Of a stretch of 64,000 nucleotides of DNA, positions 48,685-58,915 are shown one piece after another. The first letter of the stretch is position 1; each line of letters starts with the position of its first letter. Under the pieces are notes generated by a model. That model did not search any database, was not told the origin of the DNA, and saw only the letters and a list, made by a program, of their open reading frames with translations. The DNA comes from Leptospiraceae bacterium (GTDB taxonomy: Bacteria > Spirochaetota > Leptospiria > Leptospirales > Leptonemataceae). The stretch covers positions 128,001 through 192,000 of the forward strand of contig JAVJNR010000009.1 in the NCBI GenBank assembly GCA_040217195.1, given 5' to 3'. A program made the position numbers and the translations under genes.

Positions 48685-51600
48685 ATGACCCGTGTTTCGC
48701 TCTATCATCAGACATCCTATCGCTTTGACCGGCCGGTTCAGATTCATCCACATTCGATCCGACTGAGGCCGGCTCCTCATACCAGAGCTCATATCCATTC
48801 CTATTCATTAAAAGTCAGCCCGGAGCATTTTCTCAACTGGCAGCAGGATCCAGCAGGTAATTTCCTGGCTCGAGTTGTATTTCCGGCGAATGCCTGGGAA
48901 CTGCGCATTCAGGTAGATATGGTCGTGGAGTTACGAACCGTTAACCCGTTCGATTTCTTTCTGGAGCCGGCTGCCAGTAATTTCCCCTTCGAATACCCCG
49001 AAGAACTGCTTCAGGACCTGGCCATCTACCAGAGAACCGAACTAACGGATCCGGAGTTATTGCAATGGGAAAAAGAGGTTCGTAGCCAGGTTCTAAAACC
49101 GGGGATGACCACCGTAGACATGCTTGTGGGCATCAACCAGTTTGTAGCCAGTCGAGTGGGCTACGTCATTCGCATGGAGCCAGGAATTCAGAGCTGTGGT
49201 CAGACCATCCAGTCCGGCAAAGGCTCCTGCAGAGATACTTCTTTTCTGTTAATGCATTTACTTCGCAGGTTGGGACTGGCCAGCCGCTTCTGCTCTGGCT
49301 ATCTAATTCAGCTAAAGGCTGATGAGCCTCCCAGAAAAGGTCCGGCCGGACCGGACCAGGACTTTACAGATCTGCATGCCTGGGCTGAAGTATTTCTACC
49401 CGGAGCCGGATGGGTTGGACTGGATCCCACTTCCGGACTTCTAACCGGCGAAGGGCACATACCTCTTTTTTCCGCAGCGGAACCTGCCCGGGCAGCCCCG
49501 GTTAGCGGAGCCACAGATTTCTGCGAATCCACACTGCACTTTGAAATGAAAGTGGAAAGAATTCGAGAGGCTCCACGCACAACCAGGCCCTACCAGGATC
49601 GAACGTTCCAGCATTTCCAGAAAATGGTCCCGGCTATCGATAAAAAACTAAATGAACTGGATATGCGACTGACCATAGGAGGAGAGCCTACCTTCATCGC
49701 AGACGATGATTTTGACAGCCCGGAATGGAATTTTCAGGCCATGGCTCCGGACGGAGACCAGAAAAAACGGGACTTTGCAGAGAGATTGCGAAATCGCATG
49801 GTTCATAATCTGGCTCTTCCCTCTCCTTTTCATGTTATTGGCCAGGGGAAATGGTACCCGGGAGAGCCTCTACCTCGATGGGCTTACTTCACCCACTGGA
49901 GACTGGATGGTCAACCGCTGAGCCTTCTTTATGCGGAGAGCAACGAACGAGACAAAGCCACACCGGAGCATGCAACCACCTTGCTTGAATTATTGGCCAA
50001 ACGTCTCAATCTCTCAGATGAATTTCTGAAACCTCTACATGAGGATCCTCTGGAGCAGCTTAGAAAGGAAGCGTCGCTGCCCGAGAATGCAAAGAAACTC
50101 CAGCAGCTGGAGACGTTTCATGCCCTGGAAAGGAATCGTATCCTCAAATTAATGGAGCAGGACCTGTCCGCCCCATCAGCATTTGTACTTCCCCTGGCCT
50201 TTGAGCCAGAGAGTCAACGGTGGTCGTCTTCCAGATGGGAGAGCACTCGCAGTCATTTATTTCTGCTTTCTGGAGATTCACCGGCCGGACTGAGACTACC
50301 TCTCGGATCTCTGGGCGATGAGTTTCGTAGCGTCTACCTGGAAGACCCCACAGAGCAACCAACCCATCTTCCAGACCCGGAACATCTGGCCAGAGAGCTG
50401 TCCGGATCGAAATACACTCTGAAAGAAGACGAAGGCAGGCCTCCCTTGCGAGTGGCCCTGGTTGTGGAAATTCGAAGGGATATATTGCATATATTCTTAC
50501 CACCTCCATCGTCTGTTATTTCTCATCTGGCACTTATAGCACACCTGGAAAGCTGCTTGCTTGAATTGAAAGTGGCGTACCGATTTGAGGGCCACCCTCC
50601 TCCTTCGCATCCGGCACTGAATCATCTTTCCATTACACCGGACCCTGGAGTTCTGGAAGTAAACCTTCAGCCGTCTAGCTCTCTTGACCAGGCCAATCGA
50701 ATCAGTCAGGTGTTGTATCGGTCCGCAAAAGAAGAAGGCCTTACGACTCAAAAATTCTTAATCGATGGCAGACCGGCTGCCACTGGCGGAGGTAATCACA
50801 TTACGCTGGGAGCAAGAAGCACTCTGGAAAGTCCTTTTCTGCGATTCCCATCTCTGCTGCCTGCTCTGTTAATCTACTGGCAAAAACATCCATCTCTCAG
50901 TTATCTATTTTCCGGACTATTCATTGGACCTACAAGCCAGGCTCCTCGCATCGATGAGGCCAGGATAGACACTCTGTATGATCTGGAAATCGCATTAAAG
51001 GAGCTCTATCAATACGAAAAGGATGGATGCCCGCCCTATATGATCGATCGACTGCTAAGGCATCATCTTACAGATCTTACCGGCAACACCCATAGAGCGG
51101 AGTTTTGCATCGATAAACTATTTGATCCGGGTTCCCTGGGCGGGCGACGAGGCCTGCTGGAAATGCGAGCCTTCGAAATGCCTCCTCACTGGAAGATGAG
51201 TGCCGTGCAGCAAGCACTGATAGGAGCCATTCTTTGTCTTATGAGAAAGAATCCTCCCGGGCCGTCCCTGGTTAGATGGGGACTGGACCTACGAGACCGA
51301 TTCATGATACCTCATTACATAGAGGAAGATTTGCAGGCAGTACTGATCGACCTGAAAGAGATTGGTCTGGACTTTTCCATGGAACTGTTTGAGCCTTTCT
51401 TTGAGTTTCGCTTTCCTGTGTATGGAGAAGTGCAATATCCAGGGATTCGACTGGAACTGAGGATGGGATTGGAACCCTGGAATGTTCTGGGTGAGGAAGC
51501 ACATACAGGTGGCACATCAAGAGCCGTGGACTCTGCCACAGAACGGATGCAGGCAACCCTGGAAGGGGATGCAGCCGGCCGATACCGGCTGGCCTGCAAC

Positions 51601-51978
51601 GGGTATGCAGTGCCGCTCAAAAAAGTCAGCTCAGAGAAGCGGGTGGCCGGCATTAGATTTAAAGCCTGGAATCCCGCCTCCACCATGCATCCACATATTG
51701 AACCGCATAATCCATTGACGTTCTCTGTTTATGATACCTACAACGAACGTTATGTAACTGGCTGCACCTACCATGTCTCTCATCCTGGAGGCCGCAGCTA
51801 TGAAAACCTGCCAGTAAATGCTCTAGAAGCAGAAAGCCGGCGGATTAGCCGATTCCAGTCTGGTGATTTTGGCTCATCCTCGGCCCCTGCACCTGTAGCC
51901 ATAGAGAACCGGGAGTTCCCCTGTACCCTTGATTTAAGGCTGGCCGCAAAACCGCAGGAGCAGTTGTCTGACTCCTAG
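48685..51978 (+). CDS. transglutaminase / DUF2126 amidoligase-like fusion
   Basis: GSCRD, HAWAEV, LDPT triad; GGEPTF, PDPGVLEVN, TGGGNH, EMRAFEMPP. Confidence 0.93.
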   Translation: MTRVSLYHQTSYRFDRPVQIHPHSIRLRPAPHTRAHIHSYSLKVSPEHFLNWQQDPAGNFLARVVFPANAWELRIQVDMVVELRTVNPFDFFLEPAASNFPFEYPEELLQDLAIYQRTELTDPELLQWEKEVRSQVLKPGMTTVDMLVGINQFVASRVGYVIRMEPGIQSCGQTIQSGKGSCRDTSFLLMHLLRRLGLASRFCSGYLIQLKADEPPRKGPAGPDQDFTDLHAWAEVFLPGAGWVGLDPTSGLLTGEGHIPLFSAAEPARAAPVSGATDFCESTLHFEMKVERIREAPRTTRPYQDRTFQHFQKMVPAIDKKLNELDMRLTIGGEPTFIADDDFDSPEWNFQAMAPDGDQKKRDFAERLRNRMVHNLALPSPFHVIGQGKWYPGEPLPRWAYFTHWRLDGQPLSLLYAESNERDKATPEHATTLLELLAKRLNLSDEFLKPLHEDPLEQLRKEASLPENAKKLQQLETFHALERNRILKLMEQDLSAPSAFVLPLAFEPESQRWSSSRWESTRSHLFLLSGDSPAGLRLPLGSLGDEFRSVYLEDPTEQPTHLPDPEHLARELSGSKYTLKEDEGRPPLRVALVVEIRRDILHIFLPPPSSVISHLALIAHLESCLLELKVAYRFEGHPPPSHPALNHLSITPDPGVLEVNLQPSSSLDQANRISQVLYRSAKEEGLTTQKFLIDGRPAATGGGNHITLGARSTLESPFLRFPSLLPALLIYWQKHPSLSYLFSGLFIGPTSQAPRIDEARIDTLYDLEIALKELYQYEKDGCPPYMIDRLLRHHLTDLTGNTHRAEFCIDKLFDPGSLGGRRGLLEMRAFEMPPHWKMSAVQQALIGAILCLMRKNPPGPSLVRWGLDLRDRFMIPHYIEEDLQAVLIDLKEIGLDFSMELFEPFFEFRFPVYGEVQYPGIRLELRMGLEPWNVLGEEAHTGGTSRAVDSATERMQATLEGDAAGRYRLACNGYAVPLKKVSSEKRVAGIRFKAWNPASTMHPHIEPHNPLTFSVYDTYNERYVTGCTYHVSHPGGRSYENLPVNALEAESRRISRFQSGDFGSSSAPAPVAIENREFPCTLDLRLAAKPQEQLSDS

Positions 51979-54456
51979 ATGGAAACCCTGCAAAGGCAAC
52001 TATTGTCCGGCTATCAACCGATTGCCGGGATTCACGATGAGTTTTTGCAGAACGGACAGATTCGCCCCCACTATGATTTTCTGATTTCCAGCCTGGATAG
52101 CCTGGGCAGCGAACGGCTGAATCAGCGCCGAAATGAAGCCTACCGTTTGCTTCGAGAAAACGGAGTCACCTATAGCATCTACGGCAGCCCCACCGGCGAG
52201 AATCGGACCTGGCCTCTGGATCTGATCCCGGTTATTATTCCAAGTGATGAATGGTCTCCCCTGGAAAGAGGACTGATTCAAAGAGCGGAACTGCTGGATC
52301 TGCTTCTGACTGATCTGTATAATCAAAGAACTGCCATCCAGGAAAAACAGATCCCTGCAGATCTTTTGTTTCGCTCCCGGGCTTTTTTACGCCCCTGTCA
52401 TGATCTTTACGCTCCCAGAAGCAGTGCACTTTCCTATTTTGCCACGGATGTAGGCAGGAATCCGGATGGAAGCTTTGTAGCTCTGGGCGATCGCATTCAG
52501 GCGCCCTCTGGCTCAGGCTACAGTCTGGAGAATAGAATCGTTCTTTCCAGGGTTCTACCCAGCATCTATCGAGATAGCCAGGTACATAGACTGGCAACTT
52601 ACTTTCGTACGCTACGGCGAAACATGATTCGCAGAGCACAGATTCGAAAGAAAGATCCTCTGACCATTCTTTTGAGCCCGGGACCGGCCAACGAAACCTA
52701 CTTCGAACATGCCTACCTGGCTTCATACCTGGGCTTTACCCTGGCCCAGGCAGATGACCTGACCGTGCGCGAGCAGAGGCTCTATCTGAAAACGGTAGAA
52801 GGCTTTCAGCAAGTCGATATAGTTTTTCGCCGGGTGGACGATTCCTTCCTGGATTCCCTGGAATTAAGGGGAGATTCACTTCTGGGAGTACCCGGTCTGC
52901 TGCAATGCATTCGAGCCGGCACGGTTACAGTTCTAAACCCACCAGGATGCGGTATTCTGGAGGATCGGTCCTTTCTCGCTTATTTGCCCGAGCTCAGTCG
53001 CCACTTTCTGGGCGAAGAACTTATACTTCCAAATGTAAAGACCTACTGGCTGGGCGATGAAAGCCACATGCAGCAGGTAATGAATCGAAAGGACCTGGTC
53101 ATCAAACCCTCCATCCGCAGATTGGGTGAAGAGGGCTATTTTCTGGAATACATGAGCGATTCCGATCGAGGGGAGCTATGGGCCAGGATCCAGCAAAGAC
53201 CCTATGATTACATTGCTCAAGAAGTACTATCTGGCTGTGGCTGTCCGGTCATAAACAACGGTGAGTTTATTCCGGCCCGGGGAATCTACAGAACTTTCAT
53301 AGCGGCTGCAGACTCAGGATACATTGTACTTCCAGGCGGCCTGGCACGCTTTACCATCAATCCAGAAAGTTTCATAATCACAAACCAGGCCGGTGCATTA
53401 AGCAAGGATATCTGGATTCTGGCCAGCGAGCCACAGAAAAAGGAAACCCTGCTGTCGGTATCTGCAGATACTACGGAAATCTATCGCAAAGGAATTGGGC
53501 TTCCAGGTCGAGTGGCGGACAATCTATTCTGGTTGGCCCGGTATGCAGAACGAGCGGAGAATCAATGTCGTTTTCTTCGCATGATTGTTGAGAGTTCAGA
53601 CGATGAAACCAGCACCACAGCCCTGCAAACCGAGCTTTCAGGTTTACTAACCGGACTGGCCGGCAGTGCCGGCCCGGGCTACAATCAGGACATTGTATCG
53701 TTCATGCTCGCAACCAGCAATGACAATGGCTCCATGGCCCATGACCTGCAAGCTCTGGTTCGAGCCGGACGTAGAATCCGGGATAGACTTTCAGAGGATA
53801 CTCGCAGGGTAATCTCAGGCCTGGAAAGCACTCTTGCCTCTCTGAAAGACGATGATGTAGTGGAGGCCTCCGAAGCGCTGTTTCAAATCATCCTGCTGCT
53901 TACTTCTCTCACAGGGCATTTGTCCGAGAATATGAGCCGGGAAGCCTCGTATTTCTTTCCCAGAATTGGAAAGCGCCTGGAAAGATCGCTCTTCATACTT
54001 CGTCTGGTGTATTCCATGTCCCGGTCCGGATCGCTGGGCTGGTGGGACCTTCTGGATGGTATTCTTAGAATCAACGACATCAGTATTACATACAGACGCA
54101 GATATCGCAACCGAATGGATGTTCGCAGCGTGCTGGACATTCTTCTGTTTGACCGCACCAATCCCCGTTCTTTGATCTTTCAAGTGGACGAAATGTATTC
54201 CATGACCGAGCAACTCCCAGGAGTGGAGAATTCGGACAAGAGCCGACAACGCAAGCTGGCTCTGGAGCTGTATACCAGGGTTCACCTCACAGAAATTGAA
54301 TCCCTGTTTGCACCGGATGGCACTCTTCTGGGAGAGGAACTGCAGGCTTTTTCCTTACAATGTCAGAAGCTAACCCATTCTCTCTCGGATTCAATCAGCG
54401 ATCGGTACTTCCAGTATATGGAGCAAAGCCAGCAACTGGAGGATCTGGGTGCCTGA
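51979..54456 (+). CDS. circularly permuted ATP-grasp plus alpha-E fusion
   Basis: QAPSGSGYSLENR, FRRVDD, PGGLAR, KDIW; then RVADNLFWLARYAERAE, GKRLER, NPRSL. Confidence 0.92.
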   Translation: METLQRQLLSGYQPIAGIHDEFLQNGQIRPHYDFLISSLDSLGSERLNQRRNEAYRLLRENGVTYSIYGSPTGENRTWPLDLIPVIIPSDEWSPLERGLIQRAELLDLLLTDLYNQRTAIQEKQIPADLLFRSRAFLRPCHDLYAPRSSALSYFATDVGRNPDGSFVALGDRIQAPSGSGYSLENRIVLSRVLPSIYRDSQVHRLATYFRTLRRNMIRRAQIRKKDPLTILLSPGPANETYFEHAYLASYLGFTLAQADDLTVREQRLYLKTVEGFQQVDIVFRRVDDSFLDSLELRGDSLLGVPGLLQCIRAGTVTVLNPPGCGILEDRSFLAYLPELSRHFLGEELILPNVKTYWLGDESHMQQVMNRKDLVIKPSIRRLGEEGYFLEYMSDSDRGELWARIQQRPYDYIAQEVLSGCGCPVINNGEFIPARGIYRTFIAAADSGYIVLPGGLARFTINPESFIITNQAGALSKDIWILASEPQKKETLLSVSADTTEIYRKGIGLPGRVADNLFWLARYAERAENQCRFLRMIVESSDDETSTTALQTELSGLLTGLAGSAGPGYNQDIVSFMLATSNDNGSMAHDLQALVRAGRRIRDRLSEDTRRVISGLESTLASLKDDDVVEASEALFQIILLLTSLTGHLSENMSREASYFFPRIGKRLERSLFILRLVYSMSRSGSLGWWDLLDGILRINDISITYRRRYRNRMDVRSVLDILLFDRTNPRSLIFQVDEMYSMTEQLPGVENSDKSRQRKLALELYTRVHLTEIESLFAPDGTLLGEELQAFSLQCQKLTHSLSDSISDRYFQYMEQSQQLEDLGA

Positions 54457-55336
54457 GTACATTGTTACACACATATCCAGGTACGACTATGAGCAGACGG
54501 TATCACTGTGCCAGAATCTTGCTTTGATGGAACCTCAGGACAGCAAGATCCAGACTGTTCGAAGTTTTACGCTGCAATGCGAACCTGTTCCTGCCGTTCA
54601 CGATAGAAGGAAGGATTATTTCGGAAATGCTGTGCATTACTTTTCCATTGAGCAGCCCCATTCCCACGTTCAATTTGTGAGCACTACAGACCTGTTTACG
54701 GAAGATCCGAAACCTCTGGATCTGTCGGGCACTCCTCCGTATGAGCAGGTAAGAGATCAAATCCGCAGAGCCCTGCAGCCGGAGGAGCTGGAAATTGTTC
54801 AGTATACTCTTCCGTCCCGATTCGTACCCACCGGACCGGAATATGCAGAGCTGGCCGCCCAGGATTTCAGCCCGGGTCGACCATTTGCAGAGGCTGCACT
54901 TTCTCTCACTCGTCGAATCTACCGGGAATTCAAATACGATTCTGGAGCAACGACCATTCTAACTCCCCTGCAAGAAGTTCTCGAGATTCGCAGGGGAGTC
55001 TGTCAGGACTTCAGCCATATATTTCTGGCCGCACTACGAAGCCTGGGCCTGCCCTGCCGCTATGTTAGCGGCTACATTGAAACTTACCCACCACCGGGGC
55101 AGCCCAGGCTCCAGGGGGCCGATGCCAGCCATGCCTGGGTTTCAATCTATTTGCCGGGACAGGGATGGATGGATCTGGATCCTACAAATGGAAAGCTACG
55201 CACCCATGAATACATTCAGGCTGCTGTGGGAAGGGATTACCAGGATGTTAGCCCGCTTCGAGGAGTTCTCTTTGGCGGGGGCAAGCATAAGGTTCATGTA
55301 TCGGTGGATGTTAAGCGAAAAGAAGGTATAGCCTGA
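54449..55336 (+). CDS. transglutaminase family protein
   Basis: GVCQDFSH, RYVSGY, SHAW, DPTN, GRDYQDVSP. Confidence 0.94.
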   Translation: MPEYIVTHISRYDYEQTVSLCQNLALMEPQDSKIQTVRSFTLQCEPVPAVHDRRKDYFGNAVHYFSIEQPHSHVQFVSTTDLFTEDPKPLDLSGTPPYEQVRDQIRRALQPEELEIVQYTLPSRFVPTGPEYAELAAQDFSPGRPFAEAALSLTRRIYREFKYDSGATTILTPLQEVLEIRRGVCQDFSHIFLAALRSLGLPCRYVSGYIETYPPPGQPRLQGADASHAWVSIYLPGQGWMDLDPTNGKLRTHEYIQAAVGRDYQDVSPLRGVLFGGGKHKVHVSVDVKRKEGIA

Positions 55337-55418
55337 TTGATAGCTAAAACCGGGAAGGCTTACACTGTTTACACAGGTCAGTTCGCCCCTCTATGGCCTG
55401 ACAAGATCGCTTGTGACT

Positions 55419-55862
55419 TTACCGCGGCTCCTGCAGCATAAAAGTAACCGGTCCATCGTTAATCAAATGGACTTTCATATCTGCACCAAATTCCCCTTTC
55501 TTTACAGAGATCCCATCTTCAGCCAGATAGCTACAGAATTGATCGTATAGTTGCCTGGCTTTACCCGGAGCCGCAGCGGGACCAAAGGAAGGTCGATTTC
55601 CACGAGACAAATCGGCACAAAGGGTAAACTGTGAAACCACCAGGATGGCCCCGCCAGACTCCTGGACCGAAAGATTCATCTTACCCTGACTGTCTTCAAA
55701 GATACGGAATCTGCCTATACGACCGGCCAGCGCCTTTGCATGTTCCAGGGAATCTTCCTGAACAGCTCCCAGAAAAATCAGCATCCCCGGGCCAATGGAT
55801 GAAATGACTGCACCATTCACTTTGACGCTGGATTCCAGAACCCTCTGAATCAATGCATACAT
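55419..55862 (-). CDS. dtd: D-aminoacyl-tRNA deacylase
   Basis: LIQRV, RIFED, VSQFTL, GNRPSF, NDGPVT. Confidence 0.95.
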   Translation of the reverse strand: MYALIQRVLESSVKVNGAVISSIGPGMLIFLGAVQEDSLEHAKALAGRIGRFRIFEDSQGKMNLSVQESGGAILVVSQFTLCADLSRGNRPSFGPAAAPGKARQLYDQFCSYLAEDGISVKKGEFGADMKVHLINDGPVTFMLQEPR

Positions 55863-55872
55863 AGAAAGAAAA

Positions 55873-57054
55873 TCAGGAATGCACAGACTGCAAAAACCGA
55901 TCCGCTTCCGGATCTTCCACACCCAGTTCCCTGGCGGCTCGCAGTTCCTGAAAGGCAGCTTCTTTTTTTCCCATTCTTAAATAGAGCATTCCCATATCAA
56001 ATAGAGCCCGACCCAGGTAAACCCTGGCTCGCTGCAGTTGCTCCACTTCGCTTCCAATTCTTGAAAGCAGAATCTCTTCTTTGAATACCCCGGAACGAAT
56101 AATGCTGTTTACCCGGTCTCGGATATTATCCAGGACCTGCTCCAGCCTGACCGCCTGATCCACTCGATTCAGGCGGTTGGCAAGATCGATATTCTTACTT
56201 ACCAGAGCATCATACTTCTGAGACAGCAGGCTATACTCCTGCTTCAGACTTTCCATTTCCGATGCATCGCCTCTGGTCACAATTGTAGTAGGCGCCGATA
56301 TGATCTGCTCGGCCAGTCGCTGCACTTCCTCTTCCAGAAGATCTGCCCTTGTAGTTTCGCGTTTCAGCTGAGCTCTAAGATCATCCTCTTGCTCCAGAAC
56401 TTCCTCAAGACGCTTTTTTAGATCTGAATCCGGAGTCCTTACATCTCTTACTTTTTCATTGCGAATTTCATGAGTGCCTTCCAGCACATCCTCTCTCTGC
56501 CGCACAAGATCTCTCAACGCGAGAAAGATGGACCATTGAATCTCAGAAGATTCGGCCTTCTTCAAGTTCTTCTCTACAGTAAGCTTATTCTTGAGGGTCT
56601 GAAGTTTCTTATAATGCTTTTCCTTTTCTTTTTCCCTTTCCTGACGCTTTAGCTCGGCTGCAGAAACATTCTTCCCCTTCTTTTCGTTGAGCACTGTACG
56701 GGTGGCTCTTTGCAGGGCAGTACCTTTCTTTTTTTGCCGGGGCCTGAACTGTTTTTGAAATTCATTCAAATAATAACATAAAACCAGGGGATGCTCCGGG
56801 CTGTCTGCATCCGGCCCAGTCCAGTGATGAAAAAGCCCCTGCAGAACCTTAATTCGATCATCCACTTCGACTAAAGGATAGGGGATCTCTTTCTTGCCCT
56901 TCTTGATTAGATAATCGGCAGAAAAATGGCTGGAATAATTATCCGGCCAGAGGATGGCCTCTATGGGCACGGCCTTGCATTGATGCAGGAAATCCTGCTG
57001 CAGGGAACGGTCTTTGTGATAGTCTTCAATTTTTTTCTGGACCCGGGCTGACAT
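55873..57054 (-). CDS. hypothetical coiled-coil protein with C-terminal TPR-like motif
   Basis: K/E-rich heptads; ALFDMGMLYLRMGKKEAAFQEL. Confidence 0.75.
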   Translation of the reverse strand: MSARVQKKIEDYHKDRSLQQDFLHQCKAVPIEAILWPDNYSSHFSADYLIKKGKKEIPYPLVEVDDRIKVLQGLFHHWTGPDADSPEHPLVLCYYLNEFQKQFRPRQKKKGTALQRATRTVLNEKKGKNVSAAELKRQEREKEKEKHYKKLQTLKNKLTVEKNLKKAESSEIQWSIFLALRDLVRQREDVLEGTHEIRNEKVRDVRTPDSDLKKRLEEVLEQEDDLRAQLKRETTRADLLEEEVQRLAEQIISAPTTIVTRGDASEMESLKQEYSLLSQKYDALVSKNIDLANRLNRVDQAVRLEQVLDNIRDRVNSIIRSGVFKEEILLSRIGSEVEQLQRARVYLGRALFDMGMLYLRMGKKEAAFQELRAARELGVEDPEADRFLQSVHS

Positions 57055-57111
57055 AGAATTGCTCCGTTATAAGATCGGAACAGCGGCCGTTTTGCCGCAG
57101 TAAAAACCAAA

Positions 57112-57705
57112 ATGATGCTAACACTGTTTCTAATCGCCATAAACGTACTTGTCACCCTCATTTATATGCAAAAGGAGGAACCCAGAGATTTTCTGTTCTT
57201 TCCGTATCTGGTGGCAAAAGGCCAGGGCATCCGGGGACTAATCTACTCTCAGTTTTCCCATAGCGGATGGAGTCATTTGATCTTCAATATGATCACTCTA
57301 TTCTTTTTCGGAAGGAGCCTGGAAGAAACTGCCCCGGGAGTATTCCTGCTGACCTACTTTTTTGCAGCGGTGGGCGCGGACCTGGCAACAATTCTCATAC
57401 ATTCGAAGAATCCAAATTATGCAAGTCTGGGAGCCAGCGGATCTGTGGCCGGCGTTCTGTTCTGTTCCATTGTATTCTATCCAGCAAATGGAATTATTAT
57501 TTTCCCGCTGCCCATACCGATTCCTGCTCCAATCTTTGCTATTCTTTACATTGCCGGAAGCATCTACATGGCCCGAACCGAGGCAAGAAACGTTAACCAT
57601 GAAGCGCACATCGGCGGCGCCCTGGTGGGTTTTGTAATTGGAGCCCTCTCGGCACCAGGAGGCCTGAGCGGAATAATCGATTACTTTCGAAACTTTATCG
57701 GATAA
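57112..57705 (+). CDS. rhomboid intramembrane serine protease
   Basis: FSHSGWSHLIFNM, LGASG, HEAHIGG. Confidence 0.93.
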   Translation: MMLTLFLIAINVLVTLIYMQKEEPRDFLFFPYLVAKGQGIRGLIYSQFSHSGWSHLIFNMITLFFFGRSLEETAPGVFLLTYFFAAVGADLATILIHSKNPNYASLGASGSVAGVLFCSIVFYPANGIIIFPLPIPIPAPIFAILYIAGSIYMARTEARNVNHEAHIGGALVGFVIGALSAPGGLSGIIDYFRNFIG

Positions 57706-57852
57706 CAGGCGGCCATCTTCCAACGATTTAACCCAATACATTATCGAACGGACTCACCGATCTGTATACGGGCCTCCCACCTGACCGAAGGTCACACCCG
57801 CACCCGGCCAGATTTCTCCTTGACCCGGCCCCAGGAACTTGCATGATTATTT

Positions 57853-58740
57853 ATGCATTCAACTTTCAGAATAATAACGGTTATTCTCATCTCGCTTGCC
57901 GCCTTCCAATGCAGCGCCAATACGGCGCTCATAGATGCGCTGATTGATGGGCGCGTCCCCGAGGCGCGAAATCTTGCTCAATCCAGCGAAGACTTTGCCC
58001 GGATGGGGGAATGCTTCAATGCGCTGATGGTTGCTTCCGGGATTGGAGACACACAAACGGTTCGCACCCTTCTGAAAAGAGGCATGGACCCAAATACACG
58101 ATCACCGGTCTGCTACCCAAGAGGAGCCACCTCAGCGTCTTCCGGGGAAGGTGGAAAAACGGCTTTAATGTTTGCCGCAAACTCAGATATTGCCCGATTG
58201 CTCCTGGAGGCCGGTGCAGATCCGGACGAAAGGACCACCAGGGGACATACCGCCCTGTACGAAGCACTGTGGTCCAATAATTATGAAGTGGCCATGGTCC
58301 TCATCTCAGGCGGTGCCGATGTAAACGTATTTGATACCTGCGGCGACAATGTTTACCTTAAGCGCATGGCCTGGCAGAAAAAGAAAAACGAATATGGCCC
58401 GAAAGCGCAGAGAATACAACAAATGCTAGTCTCCCGAGGGGCAAAAGATCTGACCTATAACCCCTCCGTAGGTAATCTTGAAGGTTTGCCCGATGATGAG
58501 GTGATTCATACGAGAACGGGTATCAAATACCCTCTGGAGAAGTTCGGACACACCGAAGATTTCTTTCTCAAGTATCCACCTGATTATTATATTACGGATG
58601 TTCCAGAGAGGCTTAACAGATTTCATCCAAGTGAATTCAAATGGGCCTCCACGGGCAACTCTCTACTATACTGGGAAGCTCAGCGAAAAATGAAAAAGAT
58701 CAGGGACAAAGGAGATACTTCCGGCTGCGCTCGGCCCTGA
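57853..58740 (+). CDS. ankyrin-repeat lipoprotein
   Basis: AFQC lipobox; GKTALMFA, LLEAGADPD, GHTALYEA, GADVN. Confidence 0.88.
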   Translation: MHSTFRIITVILISLAAFQCSANTALIDALIDGRVPEARNLAQSSEDFARMGECFNALMVASGIGDTQTVRTLLKRGMDPNTRSPVCYPRGATSASSGEGGKTALMFAANSDIARLLLEAGADPDERTTRGHTALYEALWSNNYEVAMVLISGGADVNVFDTCGDNVYLKRMAWQKKKNEYGPKAQRIQQMLVSRGAKDLTYNPSVGNLEGLPDDEVIHTRTGIKYPLEKFGHTEDFFLKYPPDYYITDVPERLNRFHPSEFKWASTGNSLLYWEAQRKMKKIRDKGDTSGCARP

Positions 58741-58824
58741 TTCAAACTCCGGGTCTATCCGCACAGTCCGCTCCCGCCTGCACTTGCACAGCATCCGCCG
58801 CTTGACCAACCGGCCACCACATAT

Positions 58825-58856
58825 AAAAAAAGCCGGCTCCTTACTCAGAAGCCGGC
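58825..58856 (-). terminator. intrinsic terminator downstream of metH
   Basis: Minus strand GCCGGCT-N11-AGCCGGC then T7. Confidence 0.75.
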
Positions 58857-58915
58857 AGTTTGTTTTAGAACCCTGAACCAGCCAGGTCCAGGATTCCTGT
58901 CTTAGCAGAGAATCG

